Assembly (NCBI GenBank): GCA_003229935.1
Contig: QIGD01000002.1
Location: forward strand, 1 to 49,150
DNA: 49,150 nucleotides
Direction of reading: 5' to 3'
Source: Methanobacteriota archaeon
GTDB taxonomy: Archaea; Hydrothermarchaeota; Hydrothermarchaeia; Hydrothermarchaeales; BMS3B
The translations under genes and the position numbers were made by a program. The first letter of the stretch is position 1. Each line of letters starts with the position of its first letter. Below the pieces are notes generated by a model. It was not told where the DNA came from, did not search any database, and saw nothing but the letters and a program-made list of their open reading frames with translations. Positions 8,711 through 17,671 of the stretch are shown here, one piece after another.

Positions 8711-9862
8711 TTACTCTACCTCCCCTGGCCAATAGAACCAGAAGGGATTTGCCCTTGGTCTTGTTATCATCTGGGGTACAGGGTCTATTCCCAGTTCTTT
8801 ACCTACTTCAAATAAGAATTTACCAAAACCAATTCTGTATATAGCTTCGCCAACTCTTTCCTTTGGATTCCCTATTTCATCCCACCAATCCTGGATGCCT
8901 ACTATTATTTCAATCAGTCTGGTGTATGGTGCTTCAACCTTTATGAATGGTATGAGTGTCCAGCCCAGAAAAGCGCCTATTCTACCTCTTGCTCTGGCGC
9001 CTATGAGGATTGTTGCTCCCTTATCATCACCGGGTCTGAGTGCTTTGGAAAACTCATTAATGCAGTACATGCATCTTGTACAATTTCCCATATCTATATC
9101 AAGTTTCTCATTCTCGTAGCTCATACAGCTTGTAGGACACTTGTTGACTACCTTCAGAATCTTCTCTTCTGGATACTCCTTCAGAATATTCTGGTCTATC
9201 TTGATAGCATCTCTGAAGTTGCCGATTATAGCAAAGTCACTCCTTGCAGTTGCAGCCACGCAATCATTTGGACACCCTGGGATCTTGATTTTCCATTTAT
9301 ATGGAAATCTTGGACGATGAATATCTTCTATAAAGCGCATTGTTAAGGCTTGGTAGAGATCAAGAGTATCGATATTGCTGTATTCACAAATAGCAGGACC
9401 TCCACAGGCTGCAAGCGTTCTCACATCACCGCCACTTCCACCGAAGTCATAGTGAAGCTTCGCCAGCTCCTCAAAAGCAGGCTCTATATTTTCTGTCTCA
9501 ATACCAACAAGCTGCAGACTTCCAGTAGCACCGTGGAAGTTAATAAGTCCGTTTCCATATTTTGTCCAGACATCTACAACCTTTCTAAGTGATTCTGTTT
9601 TGTAGAACCAGCCTGCAGGCTCGAGCATTCTGAATACATGGGAACTTCCAAGAATTTCTGGCATGTCTGAAAGTCTTCCTATTACCCCTGCATCATAACC
9701 AGGGTAGCCCACCATTCCGCCGTGTTTGAAGTGGGTCTTTTTATCTTCTAAAGCTTTATTGTAAATTTCCACTAAACCAGTGTAGCCAGCTTTTTTCCAT
9801 TCAGTAACATAGCTAGGCCACTTCCCCTTTTCAAGTTCTTCAACTGGCCTTGTCATAAGCAT
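8711..9862 (-). CDS. dsrA: Dissimilatory sulfite reductase alpha subunit
   Basis: KWPSYV, HFKHGGMVGYPGYDAGVIGR, ACGGPAICE, HRPRFPYKWKIKIPGCPNDCVAATARSDFAIIG, CTRCMYCIN and ERVGEAIYRIGF..F..PRANPFWF blocks are typical of DsrA. Confidence 0.85.
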   Translation of the reverse strand: MLMTRPVEELEKGKWPSYVTEWKKAGYTGLVEIYNKALEDKKTHFKHGGMVGYPGYDAGVIGRLSDMPEILGSSHVFRMLEPAGWFYKTESLRKVVDVWTKYGNGLINFHGATGSLQLVGIETENIEPAFEELAKLHYDFGGSGGDVRTLAACGGPAICEYSNIDTLDLYQALTMRFIEDIHRPRFPYKWKIKIPGCPNDCVAATARSDFAIIGNFRDAIKIDQNILKEYPEEKILKVVNKCPTSCMSYENEKLDIDMGNCTRCMYCINEFSKALRPGDDKGATILIGARARGRIGAFLGWTLIPFIKVEAPYTRLIEIIVGIQDWWDEIGNPKERVGEAIYRIGFGKFLFEVGKELGIDPVPQMITRPRANPFWFYWPGEVE

Positions 9863-9950
9863 ACCTCCTATATTCCAAACTGTATATCTTTAATATATAA
9901 AATTTTTGTTTTCTAATCGGTGTTGCACCAGTATAATATACCATAGCTAA

Positions 9951-10116
9951 GTTACGATATCGTGAGCGGGAAAGCCCACGAACTTTAGAGGCTGTCCGAC
10001 AATTACTCTCAGTAATAAAAAGACTGCTTATTTTAGACAATAAAGGCTAAATTTAGCTTATTTCCCGTAGTATTTTTGATTACGGGACAGCCTCTTTAGT
10101 CGTGGGAATATGTCAG
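9951..10116 (+). mobile_element. Copy B: left-end-like sequence plus end hairpin, carrying the 105-bp MITE in its loop
   Basis: gttacgatatcgtgagcgggaaag | cccacgaa CTTTAG(9983-9988) | aggctgtcc...ggacagcct (9989-10093) | CTTTAG(10094-10099) tcgtggg aatatgtcag. Confidence 0.85.
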
Positions 10117-10193
10117 AGTATACCATTAATTTAAAATTAAAAAAAGATTGAATATTTACCAAAAGTGTTAAGGAAATTTAAACAAAAGAGGAC

Positions 10194-10367
10194 TTATTCA
10201 CATGTAATTGCTTGGACTGGACAGGCTTCTGCAATTTCATCGCAGGTTGCACAGTCATCACATATCACCTGACTTTTATCGTCCACTAATTTAAAACAAT
10301 CTGGGTCCATACTTTCACATGTTCCACATCCAATACATGCTTCCTGATCAACAACTGGTCTTGCCAT
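10194..10367 (-). CDS. fdx: Small single-cluster ferredoxin, 57 aa, below the ORF-track cutoff
   Basis: Own translation: MARPVVDQEACIGCGTCESMDPDCFKLVDDKSQVICDDCATCDEIAEACPVQAITCE. CxxCxxC...CP pattern, on the same strand upstream of dsrAB. Confidence 0.8.
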   Translation of the reverse strand: MARPVVDQEACIGCGTCESMDPDCFKLVDDKSQVICDDCATCDEIAEACPVQAITCE

Positions 10368-10453
10368 ATCTAAATCACCTCACTAACTTTTTGCTCTCTC
10401 TTAGAAGGTATTAGTATTTAAAGGTTACTATTTTAAGAGATTAAAAAATCATT

Positions 10454-12529
10454 TTATTTTTCTTTTTGTCTTGCCTGATTATACTTTCCTTTACTCTTGC
10501 AGTTCATATCTATACAGCTTATAATTCTTCTATTGCCAAAAGATATGCTTACCATGGGTAACCCACATGTGCTGCAGAGTTTATCAGTAGGATAAACATT
10601 TTTTTTCTGAGGGAGAGGGAAGGATGTTTTACACTTTGGGTAGTTTGAACATCCTATAAATTGTTTTCCTGAAGCTTTTGAACGGATTATTCTCAAATTG
10701 CTCCCACAGTTAGGACATTTACCTATAATTTTCATCTCTCTGTCTTTTTCGATGAATCCTGCAGCAATACTCTTACCAATACTTTCTTCTTTTTCTCTGA
10801 AAATTTTCAGAGTTTTTATTAATTCTTCCTTTGCTTCTTCGATAGTTTCCTCTTTCTTTGCCTCACCACGCTGAATTTTCTCTAGTTTTTCTTCAAAGTA
10901 TTTTGTGAGATTTTCATCAATAATCTTTGGGATATTTTTCTCTAGAGCCTCTATGACGCGCATACCAAGAGGAGTAACTTTTATAGAAACTCCTTTTATA
11001 TATTCCCTTCTGTATAATGTATCCACAATCTCAGCCCTTGTAGCCTTTGTGCCGAGTCTTAGAGCTTCAAGTTCTCTGACAAGTGAGGCAGGGTTGTACC
11101 TTCTTGGTGGCGAGGTCTCCTTCTTATCACCTGCGATTTTTAATATCTTAAATATATCTTCTTCATTAATTTCAGGTAGTTGAATTTCTTCCAGCTTCAG
11201 GTAGGGATAAAATTCACTCCAGCCCCTTTCAAGAGTTCTTGAAGCAGAGAATCTGAAATCTTCATCTTTGATTTCTACTTTAACATTAATGTTCTCTCTC
11301 TGCATGCTATCACCAAAGGTTGCAAGGTAGCGATATGTTATAAGCTCATATATCTTTTCAGCCCTTGATTCCAGCTTCTTTGGAGTCTGGCCTGTTGGAA
11401 ATATTGCTGGATGTGCAGGGTCATCCTTTTTTCCCTGTCTTGGATATAACCTTTCCTTTTTGAGAAGCTTTTTTGACGCCTCCGCAAATTTTGCGTTTTT
11501 GCCAAGAGCTTCTATAATTCTTCTATAACCAATGGCTGGAGGAAGTTTTTGAGAGGAGGTTCTGGGATATGAAATGCAACCTTCTTCATATAGGCTCTGA
11601 GCTATATCCTGAACCTGTTTTGGAGTTAATCTGAAGGCTTTATAGGCTTCAGACTGAAGTGTGCCCAAATCAAAAGGTACAGGTGGAGGTATTATACTCT
11701 CTTTCCTTGTTACGCTCCTGATTATCCCCTCTTTCTCATCTTTGATTTTATTTAATATCTCTTTAGCCTTTTGGATGTCAAAAATTCTACCAAGAACATG
11801 CTCTGCTCTTATCTTTTTTCTTGAAACTTTGAGGTCGGCATAGACTTTAATATAAGGTTCAGGCTTGAAGCTGGATATCTCCCTCTCTCTTCTCACAAGT
11901 ATAGCCAAAGCAGGTGTTTGAACTCTACCAGCGCTGAAGACTGCATAGCGTTTTAAGCCCTTTTTAGCAGCTTCGGTTAAAGCTCTTGAGATGTTTATAC
12001 CCCAGTACCAGTCAAGGATATGTCTTGTTTCTCCGGCTTCAACAAGATTGTAGTCAACTTCAGAAAGCTCGGAGTAAGCCTTCCTCAAATCAAGAGTGGT
12101 GAGGGTGGAAAAACGCATTCTCTTTATTTTATCTTTATTTATTGTCTTATCGCCAAGAACGGCATATTTGAGTGCATTGTATCCAAGTAGTTCGCCTTCG
12201 ATATCATAATCAGTGGCGATTATAAATACGTCTGTTTCTTTTCCGAGTTTCTTCAGGAGATTTACATACTGTTTTATGTAGCTCTTGCCCTTTCCAATTT
12301 CATATAGAGGTGCCCATTCTATATTGAATGTAGGGTAGTCTCTTGAGGATTTCTTTTCCTTCAGTGAATAGAGATGACCTGCTGCACTGGCAATTACAAT
12401 ATCCTTATCGTTGCTTGAAAGCTCATAGTAATTAGCTCTGCCATGACGCTTTTTCTTGTAGTCTTTTGACAGTGCAAAAGCTATCTTCTGACCTACTTTT
12501 GGTTTCTCAGCTATAATCAGAATTTTCAT
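10454..12529 (-). CDS. topA: Type IA DNA topoisomerase with C-terminal zinc ribbons
   Basis: 691 aa. Toprim domain (MKILIIAEKP...ATDYDIEGE), active-site block ISYPRTSSQ, and C-terminal CPNCG...CSNYPKC and CSTCG fingers. Confidence 0.9.
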   Translation of the reverse strand: MKILIIAEKPKVGQKIAFALSKDYKKKRHGRANYYELSSNDKDIVIASAAGHLYSLKEKKSSRDYPTFNIEWAPLYEIGKGKSYIKQYVNLLKKLGKETDVFIIATDYDIEGELLGYNALKYAVLGDKTINKDKIKRMRFSTLTTLDLRKAYSELSEVDYNLVEAGETRHILDWYWGINISRALTEAAKKGLKRYAVFSAGRVQTPALAILVRREREISSFKPEPYIKVYADLKVSRKKIRAEHVLGRIFDIQKAKEILNKIKDEKEGIIRSVTRKESIIPPPVPFDLGTLQSEAYKAFRLTPKQVQDIAQSLYEEGCISYPRTSSQKLPPAIGYRRIIEALGKNAKFAEASKKLLKKERLYPRQGKKDDPAHPAIFPTGQTPKKLESRAEKIYELITYRYLATFGDSMQRENINVKVEIKDEDFRFSASRTLERGWSEFYPYLKLEEIQLPEINEEDIFKILKIAGDKKETSPPRRYNPASLVRELEALRLGTKATRAEIVDTLYRREYIKGVSIKVTPLGMRVIEALEKNIPKIIDENLTKYFEEKLEKIQRGEAKKEETIEEAKEELIKTLKIFREKEESIGKSIAAGFIEKDREMKIIGKCPNCGSNLRIIRSKASGKQFIGCSNYPKCKTSFPLPQKKNVYPTDKLCSTCGLPMVSISFGNRRIISCIDMNCKSKGKYNQARQKEK

Positions 12530-12574
12530 CGGGAGAATTTTGAGATAGTAACATTAGCTAAATATTCTGGTTAT

Positions 12575-12883
12575 TTATTTCTGTGAAGTCAACCCTTTAG
12601 AGAGTATATCAATAATTCTGGACTTCTCTCTGGGAATAAAAACAGTCTTCTGTCTGGACTTTTTTCCATTTACTATTTCCACTCTGCACTCAAAGATCTC
12701 TGAAAGGTATTCTTCGAGCTCTTTGTTGGCTTTGTTATCCTTTGCTTCGACTTTTATTTTAATCTCAATTCTTCCACGCCAGCTATTGAAGCCTGAAAGC
12801 TCGTTCCTTCTAACTCCAGGTTGGACGATAATCTCAAGAAGGCAGCCATTGGAAGTAATCTTAATAGAATTTTCTAGTTTCAT
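12575..12883 (-). CDS. DUF167 / YggU (UPF0235) family protein
   Basis: LEIIVQPGVRRNEL...IKIKVEAKDNKANKELEEYLS...VEIVNGKKSRQK. Confidence 0.65.
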   Translation of the reverse strand: MKLENSIKITSNGCLLEIIVQPGVRRNELSGFNSWRGRIEIKIKVEAKDNKANKELEEYLSEIFECRVEIVNGKKSRQKTVFIPREKSRIIDILSKGLTSQK

Positions 12884-13110
12884 TTTTTTTCATTTCTGTT
12901 TCTGTAATATTCTCTGAAGAATTTATCAAAACCTATGAGTAGAAGACCAAGAGCCTCTTCATGCTCTGTCTTTTTTATATTAATATGGTAATGCCTAACC
13001 GGGTTTTTTTCATAATCAATGAAGCATTCCTGACACTGATATGTCTCCTCAAGGAACTTCTTCACCCATATGAGGAACTCATGAAGAACAAGAATTTCAT
13101 CTTTGTACAT
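12880..13110 (-). CDS. UPF0058 family archaeal protein
   Basis: MYKDEILVLHEFLIWVKKFLE...HYHINIKKTEHEEALGLL matches my recollection of the UPF0058 pattern. Confidence 0.5.
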   Translation of the reverse strand: MYKDEILVLHEFLIWVKKFLEETYQCQECFIDYEKNPVRHYHINIKKTEHEEALGLLLIGFDKFFREYYRNRNEKK

Positions 13111-13411
13111 CCTACCATAATGTTATGAATCTACCATAAATATATTTCTCTGGACTTCTGGCAATGTTGTAGATACTGGAGGATTGATATGAACTAGGTC
13201 ATGCTTCTCATATTGAGAGCTTATGCTTTGTCAGTTACAATACCTTCAATTTCCATTCGATGGCATAGAAGCTACTGGTGTGTATTAATTTAATTATAGA
13301 CTCATTTTGTAAAGGTATGTAATCACTTAAGATTACTTTATATTTAATATTCATAAGCTTTAAATATCAATGTAATGGAGTACGCTAATATATAACACTA
13401 GGAGGTGTAAT

Positions 13412-14629
13412 ATGTTAAAGAAAATAATAGCTATATCGATACTGTTCGTTGTTCTGTTAAGTGCAGGTTGTACAACTGCTCCGAAACAAGTAAAAACTAC
13501 AAAAACAGCTGCCAGTACTGTTCAAAAAACATCAACAACCACAAGTAGTCCTGCTGTGTCTACCAATTCTGGTATCACAGTAATTGCCGCAGGGTCTTTG
13601 GGATATGCGTTAAAAGACCTTGGTCAGAAGTGGCGTGAGGTATATCCTAATACCCCAATTCTACCAGGCGGAGGAATCTTTATGGGTAGTATTAAAGGTG
13701 GAAAGCAGATTGGTGTGCTGCACAGACAATATGATGTTTATGCATCTGCGGCTTCCAGTGTAATACCTCAGGTTCTAGCCCCAAAATATGCATCGTGGAT
13801 GATAGTATTTGCAACTAATCAGGTCTCTGTCTTGTATTCACAGAGTTCTAAAGCACCTATAACCATAGAAGGTAAAACTTATCCCGTAAGTGATATCAAT
13901 AATCAAAATTGGTGGAAGTTTGTAACAGCGCCTGGAGTGACAATAGGTGTCAGTAATGGCAGTCTAGACCCAGCGGGATTTCAGGCAATACAGGCTATGA
14001 AACTTGCAGGAATATATCTGGTACAGCATGACAATACTGCATACAATGCATGGTTCCACAAAGAACTTAATTATCCTGTAAATGACACTAATGCAATATT
14101 TCAGGCAATATGGATACACAAAACTAAAACAGGATATCTCAGGCCTGTGGGCATAGAAGCGAGCCTTGATGCAATGATAAAGACAGGAGCGCCATATTTC
14201 GGGATTTCTTACAGAAGTCTTGCAAAGTCTTACGGATTGGGATATATACAGTTGCCATGGCAGGTAAATCTTGGCTATACAAATGAATCTGCAATTCGCT
14301 ATTATTCACAGATTAATAGCAGTGGTGCCCCCATGGGATTAAGTGGTTCGAGTAGTGAAGCAGCACAGTCTGGAGCACCGATATTTTACGCAGTGACCAT
14401 TCCTACAAACGCCCCTAATAAAGTATTGGCAAAGAATTATATCATGTTGCTATTAGGGCCTATCGGACAGCAGGTACTGAAAGATACATATTTTAAGCCA
14501 CTTTCTAAACCTTACTTTGTACCGTTCAACTCCAAGGTCACACTTCCATCCGGTCTGTCTCCATATACTCAGAAGTTGCCAGCGCGGTTACAGTCAGGAC
14601 CAGGCTATAAAGCAATGATGGGATCATAA
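13412..14629 (+). CDS. ABC transporter substrate-binding lipoprotein, ModA/WtpA-like oxyanion type
   Basis: Signal peptide with LLSAGC lipobox-like Cys, a Thr/Ser-rich linker, and a VIAAGSL start to the binding fold. Convergent with a ModBC-type permease and ATPase. Substrate not determinable from sequence. Confidence 0.6.
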   Translation: MLKKIIAISILFVVLLSAGCTTAPKQVKTTKTAASTVQKTSTTTSSPAVSTNSGITVIAAGSLGYALKDLGQKWREVYPNTPILPGGGIFMGSIKGGKQIGVLHRQYDVYASAASSVIPQVLAPKYASWMIVFATNQVSVLYSQSSKAPITIEGKTYPVSDINNQNWWKFVTAPGVTIGVSNGSLDPAGFQAIQAMKLAGIYLVQHDNTAYNAWFHKELNYPVNDTNAIFQAIWIHKTKTGYLRPVGIEASLDAMIKTGAPYFGISYRSLAKSYGLGYIQLPWQVNLGYTNESAIRYYSQINSSGAPMGLSGSSSEAAQSGAPIFYAVTIPTNAPNKVLAKNYIMLLLGPIGQQVLKDTYFKPLSKPYFVPFNSKVTLPSGLSPYTQKLPARLQSGPGYKAMMGS

Positions 14630-15601
14630 GATCCTTCTATATTTTTTTATTTTTATTTTTATATTATCTCCATTTATACTGAACTTTGCATTGGATTTTA
14701 TCTTGATTAAATTTTCAAAAAGTAGGCCAGTGATCATCAGGCTTTTTTCTAGTTTTATTACCTGCTGGATTTCTACTGGTATTCCATCTACTCCATTGCC
14801 TTTGTCTATAAGCAGTATAACATCTTCAGGAGTAAATGCGACTGTGGTGTCTTCTGGCAGGTTTAGATATCTATTCAACTCTCTACAATTAACCACATTT
14901 TCAATACCCAAAAACTTAGCTATAAACTCATTTTTTGGGGCATTAATAAGGTCATCGAATTTACCCACCTGTTCCAATGTTCCATGCTGCAGTATTCCCA
15001 CGCGGTCTCCCAGTTCAATCGCTTCTATACGATTATGAGTTACGTGGATTGTGGGAATGCCATATTCATCATGAATCCGTTTCAGTTCGTAGATAAACCT
15101 GTCTTTCAAATTTTGATCAAGTCCACTGAATGGTTCGTCTAATAATAGCAGTTTTGGAGAGGTTGCAAGGGCACGAGCCAGTGCAACTTTTCGTTTCTCG
15201 CCACCGCTCAGCACCTCAGGTCGTTTCTGCAATAAATCTTTAAGTTCAAGAGTTTTTATCAGGCGCTTGAGCTGTTGATATGCATCGTGGTGTGAGACAC
15301 CATGGACTCTCAATCCAAATGTAAGGTTATCTATTACTTTCATGTTATCGAATAGCGCGTAATCTTGAGGTACATATCCTATTTCACGGCATTCAGGTCT
15401 TTCATGCGTGATATCCCTGCCATTCAGCATAATTTCACCAGATTCAGGACTATAAGCGCCTGCTATTATATCTAACAACAGGCTCTTTCCAGATCCGGTT
15501 GGTCCTAAAAGTACAAAATATTCATGGTCATGGAGATGTAATGTTATCCTATTAATGGTGAGTGAAGGTACCTCGAGAAGCAAATTTTTAATATCAATCA
15601 T
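14624..15601 (-). CDS. ABC transporter ATPase (ModC/WtpC-like)
   Basis: GPTGSGKS Walker A, LSGGEKRKVALARAL signature, LLLDEP Walker B. Confidence 0.85.
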   Translation of the reverse strand: MIDIKNLLLEVPSLTINRITLHLHDHEYFVLLGPTGSGKSLLLDIIAGAYSPESGEIMLNGRDITHERPECREIGYVPQDYALFDNMKVIDNLTFGLRVHGVSHHDAYQQLKRLIKTLELKDLLQKRPEVLSGGEKRKVALARALATSPKLLLLDEPFSGLDQNLKDRFIYELKRIHDEYGIPTIHVTHNRIEAIELGDRVGILQHGTLEQVGKFDDLINAPKNEFIAKFLGIENVVNCRELNRYLNLPEDTTVAFTPEDVILLIDKGNGVDGIPVEIQQVIKLEKSLMITGLLFENLIKIKSNAKFSINGDNIKIKIKKYRRIL

Positions 15602-16443
15602 CTTTCTACACCTGGCATATAAAATATTTTTTGATACTGTATCACTTTAAGCACTATCAATATTATCAGGGAGATAATAATAAGCACTGCAGATAATCCT
15701 ACTGCACCTTTCATACCTGTCGATACAAACTGGTTATATACTTCGATACCTGCAATCTGGTGATACGTGGGTATTACGTACGGGGCAACAATCATGATAG
15801 CTGCCACTTCACTCATTGCACGACCCCAGCTTAATATACCGCCAGTAAGTATGCTTCTTGAGATTTGAGGAATGATAATCATTCTTACTACCTGCCATTG
15901 CGATGCACCGAGTGTTCTGGCAACAAGCTCAATTCTTGGATGTACGCTCTTTATCGCTTCTTCCATGGTCTTTATTGCATACGTGCCACTTACGAACATA
16001 TATGCCATCACTATTGCAAGCATGCTGTAGCCAAATGATAATCCGAAACGACTCAATAGCGGTCCAGCAGGTTCACTCTTCGCAAATACTAATAATAGTG
16101 CAATTCCTACAACAGTGTGTGGAATCATTATGGGTAACTCCACAATAGCGTCTATCATTTTCTTGCCTATAAACTGGTACCTTGCAAGAATATATGCAAG
16201 TGGAAAACCGAATATTACCACTATTACTGTAGACACTGTAGCAGCTAATAAAGTAATCTTAATCCCTTCAAGATTTACAGGAGAAAGAAATTGAGAAAGT
16301 AAATATCTCGGTGAGTCATATAATAACAATCTTAGAATTGGTACTATGAAAAACAGTATAAAGAGAATGGATGTGGTCCAAACAATAATATTAAATGATA
16401 TGCTTCCTGATATAGTTTTAGGTGTCTTTTTATTACTATGCAT
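15598..16443 (-). CDS. ABC transporter permease (CysTW/ModB family)
   Basis: 281 aa, multi-TM, with EAA loop EEAIKSVHPRIELVARTLGAS. Confidence 0.8.
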   Translation of the reverse strand: MHSNKKTPKTISGSISFNIIVWTTSILFILFFIVPILRLLLYDSPRYLLSQFLSPVNLEGIKITLLAATVSTVIVVIFGFPLAYILARYQFIGKKMIDAIVELPIMIPHTVVGIALLLVFAKSEPAGPLLSRFGLSFGYSMLAIVMAYMFVSGTYAIKTMEEAIKSVHPRIELVARTLGASQWQVVRMIIIPQISRSILTGGILSWGRAMSEVAAIMIVAPYVIPTYHQIAGIEVYNQFVSTGMKGAVGLSAVLIIISLIILIVLKVIQYQKIFYMPGVER

Positions 16444-16684
16444 ATTGATATGTTGTACAATTTCTATACTTAAACTTTCGTCTTTTACAAGGATATGTAA
16501 ACCATTTTGGTTACATAGAAGTGAAAATTCATAAACTTTAGATATACAATGTATTAGAACCTCGCTTACATCAGACTGTATGAAAACAACAAATTTTATG
16601 AATTTCCTATACCATTTCTTGATTACATGGGCAGATTTGGTTCATTTTTATGTGAACATGAGTTTTTACACCATATGACGTAGC

Positions 16685-16721
16685 GTAGAACCACACGACT
16701 TTAGTCGTGGGAGTATGTCAG
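16685..16721 (+). repeat. Copy E: unoccupied end hairpin with a single CTTTAG in the loop
   Basis: gtagaa ccacacga CTTTAG(16699-16704) tcgtggg agtatgtcag. This is the arms of copies B, C and D without the 105-bp insert. Confidence 0.8.
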
Positions 16722-16761
16722 CATTATTCTTGCAACACACAAGCAGGAAGAGACATTTAGC

Positions 16762-17237
16762 GTGAGTGGTAGAATAGCTGTGTTCAATGAGGGTAATCTG
16801 GAGCAGGTTTCAGGGGTTGAAGAAATCTTCCATTTTTCAGAGATAAAATTTGCTGCAGAGTTCACAGGTATGTGCAACATTTTCTATGGTAAAGTTAAGG
16901 GTAAAGAGAGCAGGGAAACAATAGTTGAAGTGGTGGGAGAGTCTTTATCTTTACCCTTTGAAGTCTCAGGCTCCGAAGTGTCTTTGGAATAAGGCCAGAG
17001 GAGGTTATGTTTCTGAGATAGGATGTACCGGTAAATACAATCCACAGAAATATATTTAATGGAATAATTATAGACATTAACCCAAAAAACAGTGCTCTAA
17101 AAAGATTCACTCTGGACACAGAAAAAATTAGAGTTTTAGCGGACCTGCCAAATCATGCTATTGAAAAAATGCAGTTCAGAAAGGGAAAGAAGGTTATGTT
17201 TTCGCTCAAGCTTTCCTCAATCAGGAGATTAATTTGA
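16762..17237 (+). pseudogene. 3' remnant of a ModC-like ABC ATPase with TOBE domain, at least 2 frame breaks
   Basis: RIAVFNEGNLEQVSGVEEIF...FAAEFTGMCNIFYGKV, then IRPEEVMFL, then NIFNGIIIDINPKNSALKRFTLD...GKKVMFSLKLSSI, in three frames. The 5' part is missing, starting about 40 nt 3' of hairpin E. Confidence 0.7.
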
Positions 17238-17638
17238 TGGAAGACTATGGATTTCTAACTAAACGTCAGATGGAAGTTCTCGGGTTCAGAGCTCAGGGCT
17301 ACAGTCAGGGAGAGATTGCCAAGCTTCTAGGTACAAGCAGGGAGAATATAACAATAATAGATAAGAGAGCAAGAGAAAAAGTTAAGAAGGCAAGGACTAC
17401 TATAAAAATATTTGAAAGCCTTGAACCTGTCGAGATAACTATACCGATTTCTATAAATCTTTTCAGTGCGCCTCAGGTTATTTTTCATGCGGCAGACAGA
17501 CATGAGATTAGAGTAAGGTATAATTCCACAACAGTTATAGGGATACTGAGAAGGAAAGCTGGAAATTGTATCGTAGGCAATTCAGTTGTGGAGCCTATAA
17601 AAATAAAAATCCTTAGAAGTGGTCATATTGTCGTTTAG
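17234..17638 (+). CDS. tfx: Tfx family DNA-binding transcriptional regulator (probable ATG at 17237)
   Basis: LTKRQMEVLGFRAQGYSQGEIAKLLGTSRENITIIDKRAREKVKKA is a LuxR-type HTH followed by the Tfx C-domain. Confidence 0.8.
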   Translation: MMEDYGFLTKRQMEVLGFRAQGYSQGEIAKLLGTSRENITIIDKRAREKVKKARTTIKIFESLEPVEITIPISINLFSAPQVIFHAADRHEIRVRYNSTTVIGILRRKAGNCIVGNSVVEPIKIKILRSGHIVV

Positions 17639-17671
17639 ACCAGAGTATCTCTATAATATCCTTCAATATCT

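Noticed and set aside
9840-10040. 66-aa ORF spanning the dsrA upstream region and repeat copy B. The N-terminus of ORF 21064..21309 and the tail of 29276..29482 similarly read through repeat sequence.
   Set aside because: These reading frames are created by the repeat itself and recur only as nucleotide repeats, with no protein-like features.
13111-13411. The long AT-rich leader upstream of the substrate-binding protein as a riboswitch (for example Moco/Wco).
   Set aside because: I could not see the conserved motif elements or a convincing multi-stem structure by eye, and such riboswitches are not established in archaea.
16575-16590. 13-nt identity atgaaaacaacaa shared with 36179-36191.
   Set aside because: A single short A-rich match without flanking similarity is consistent with chance.
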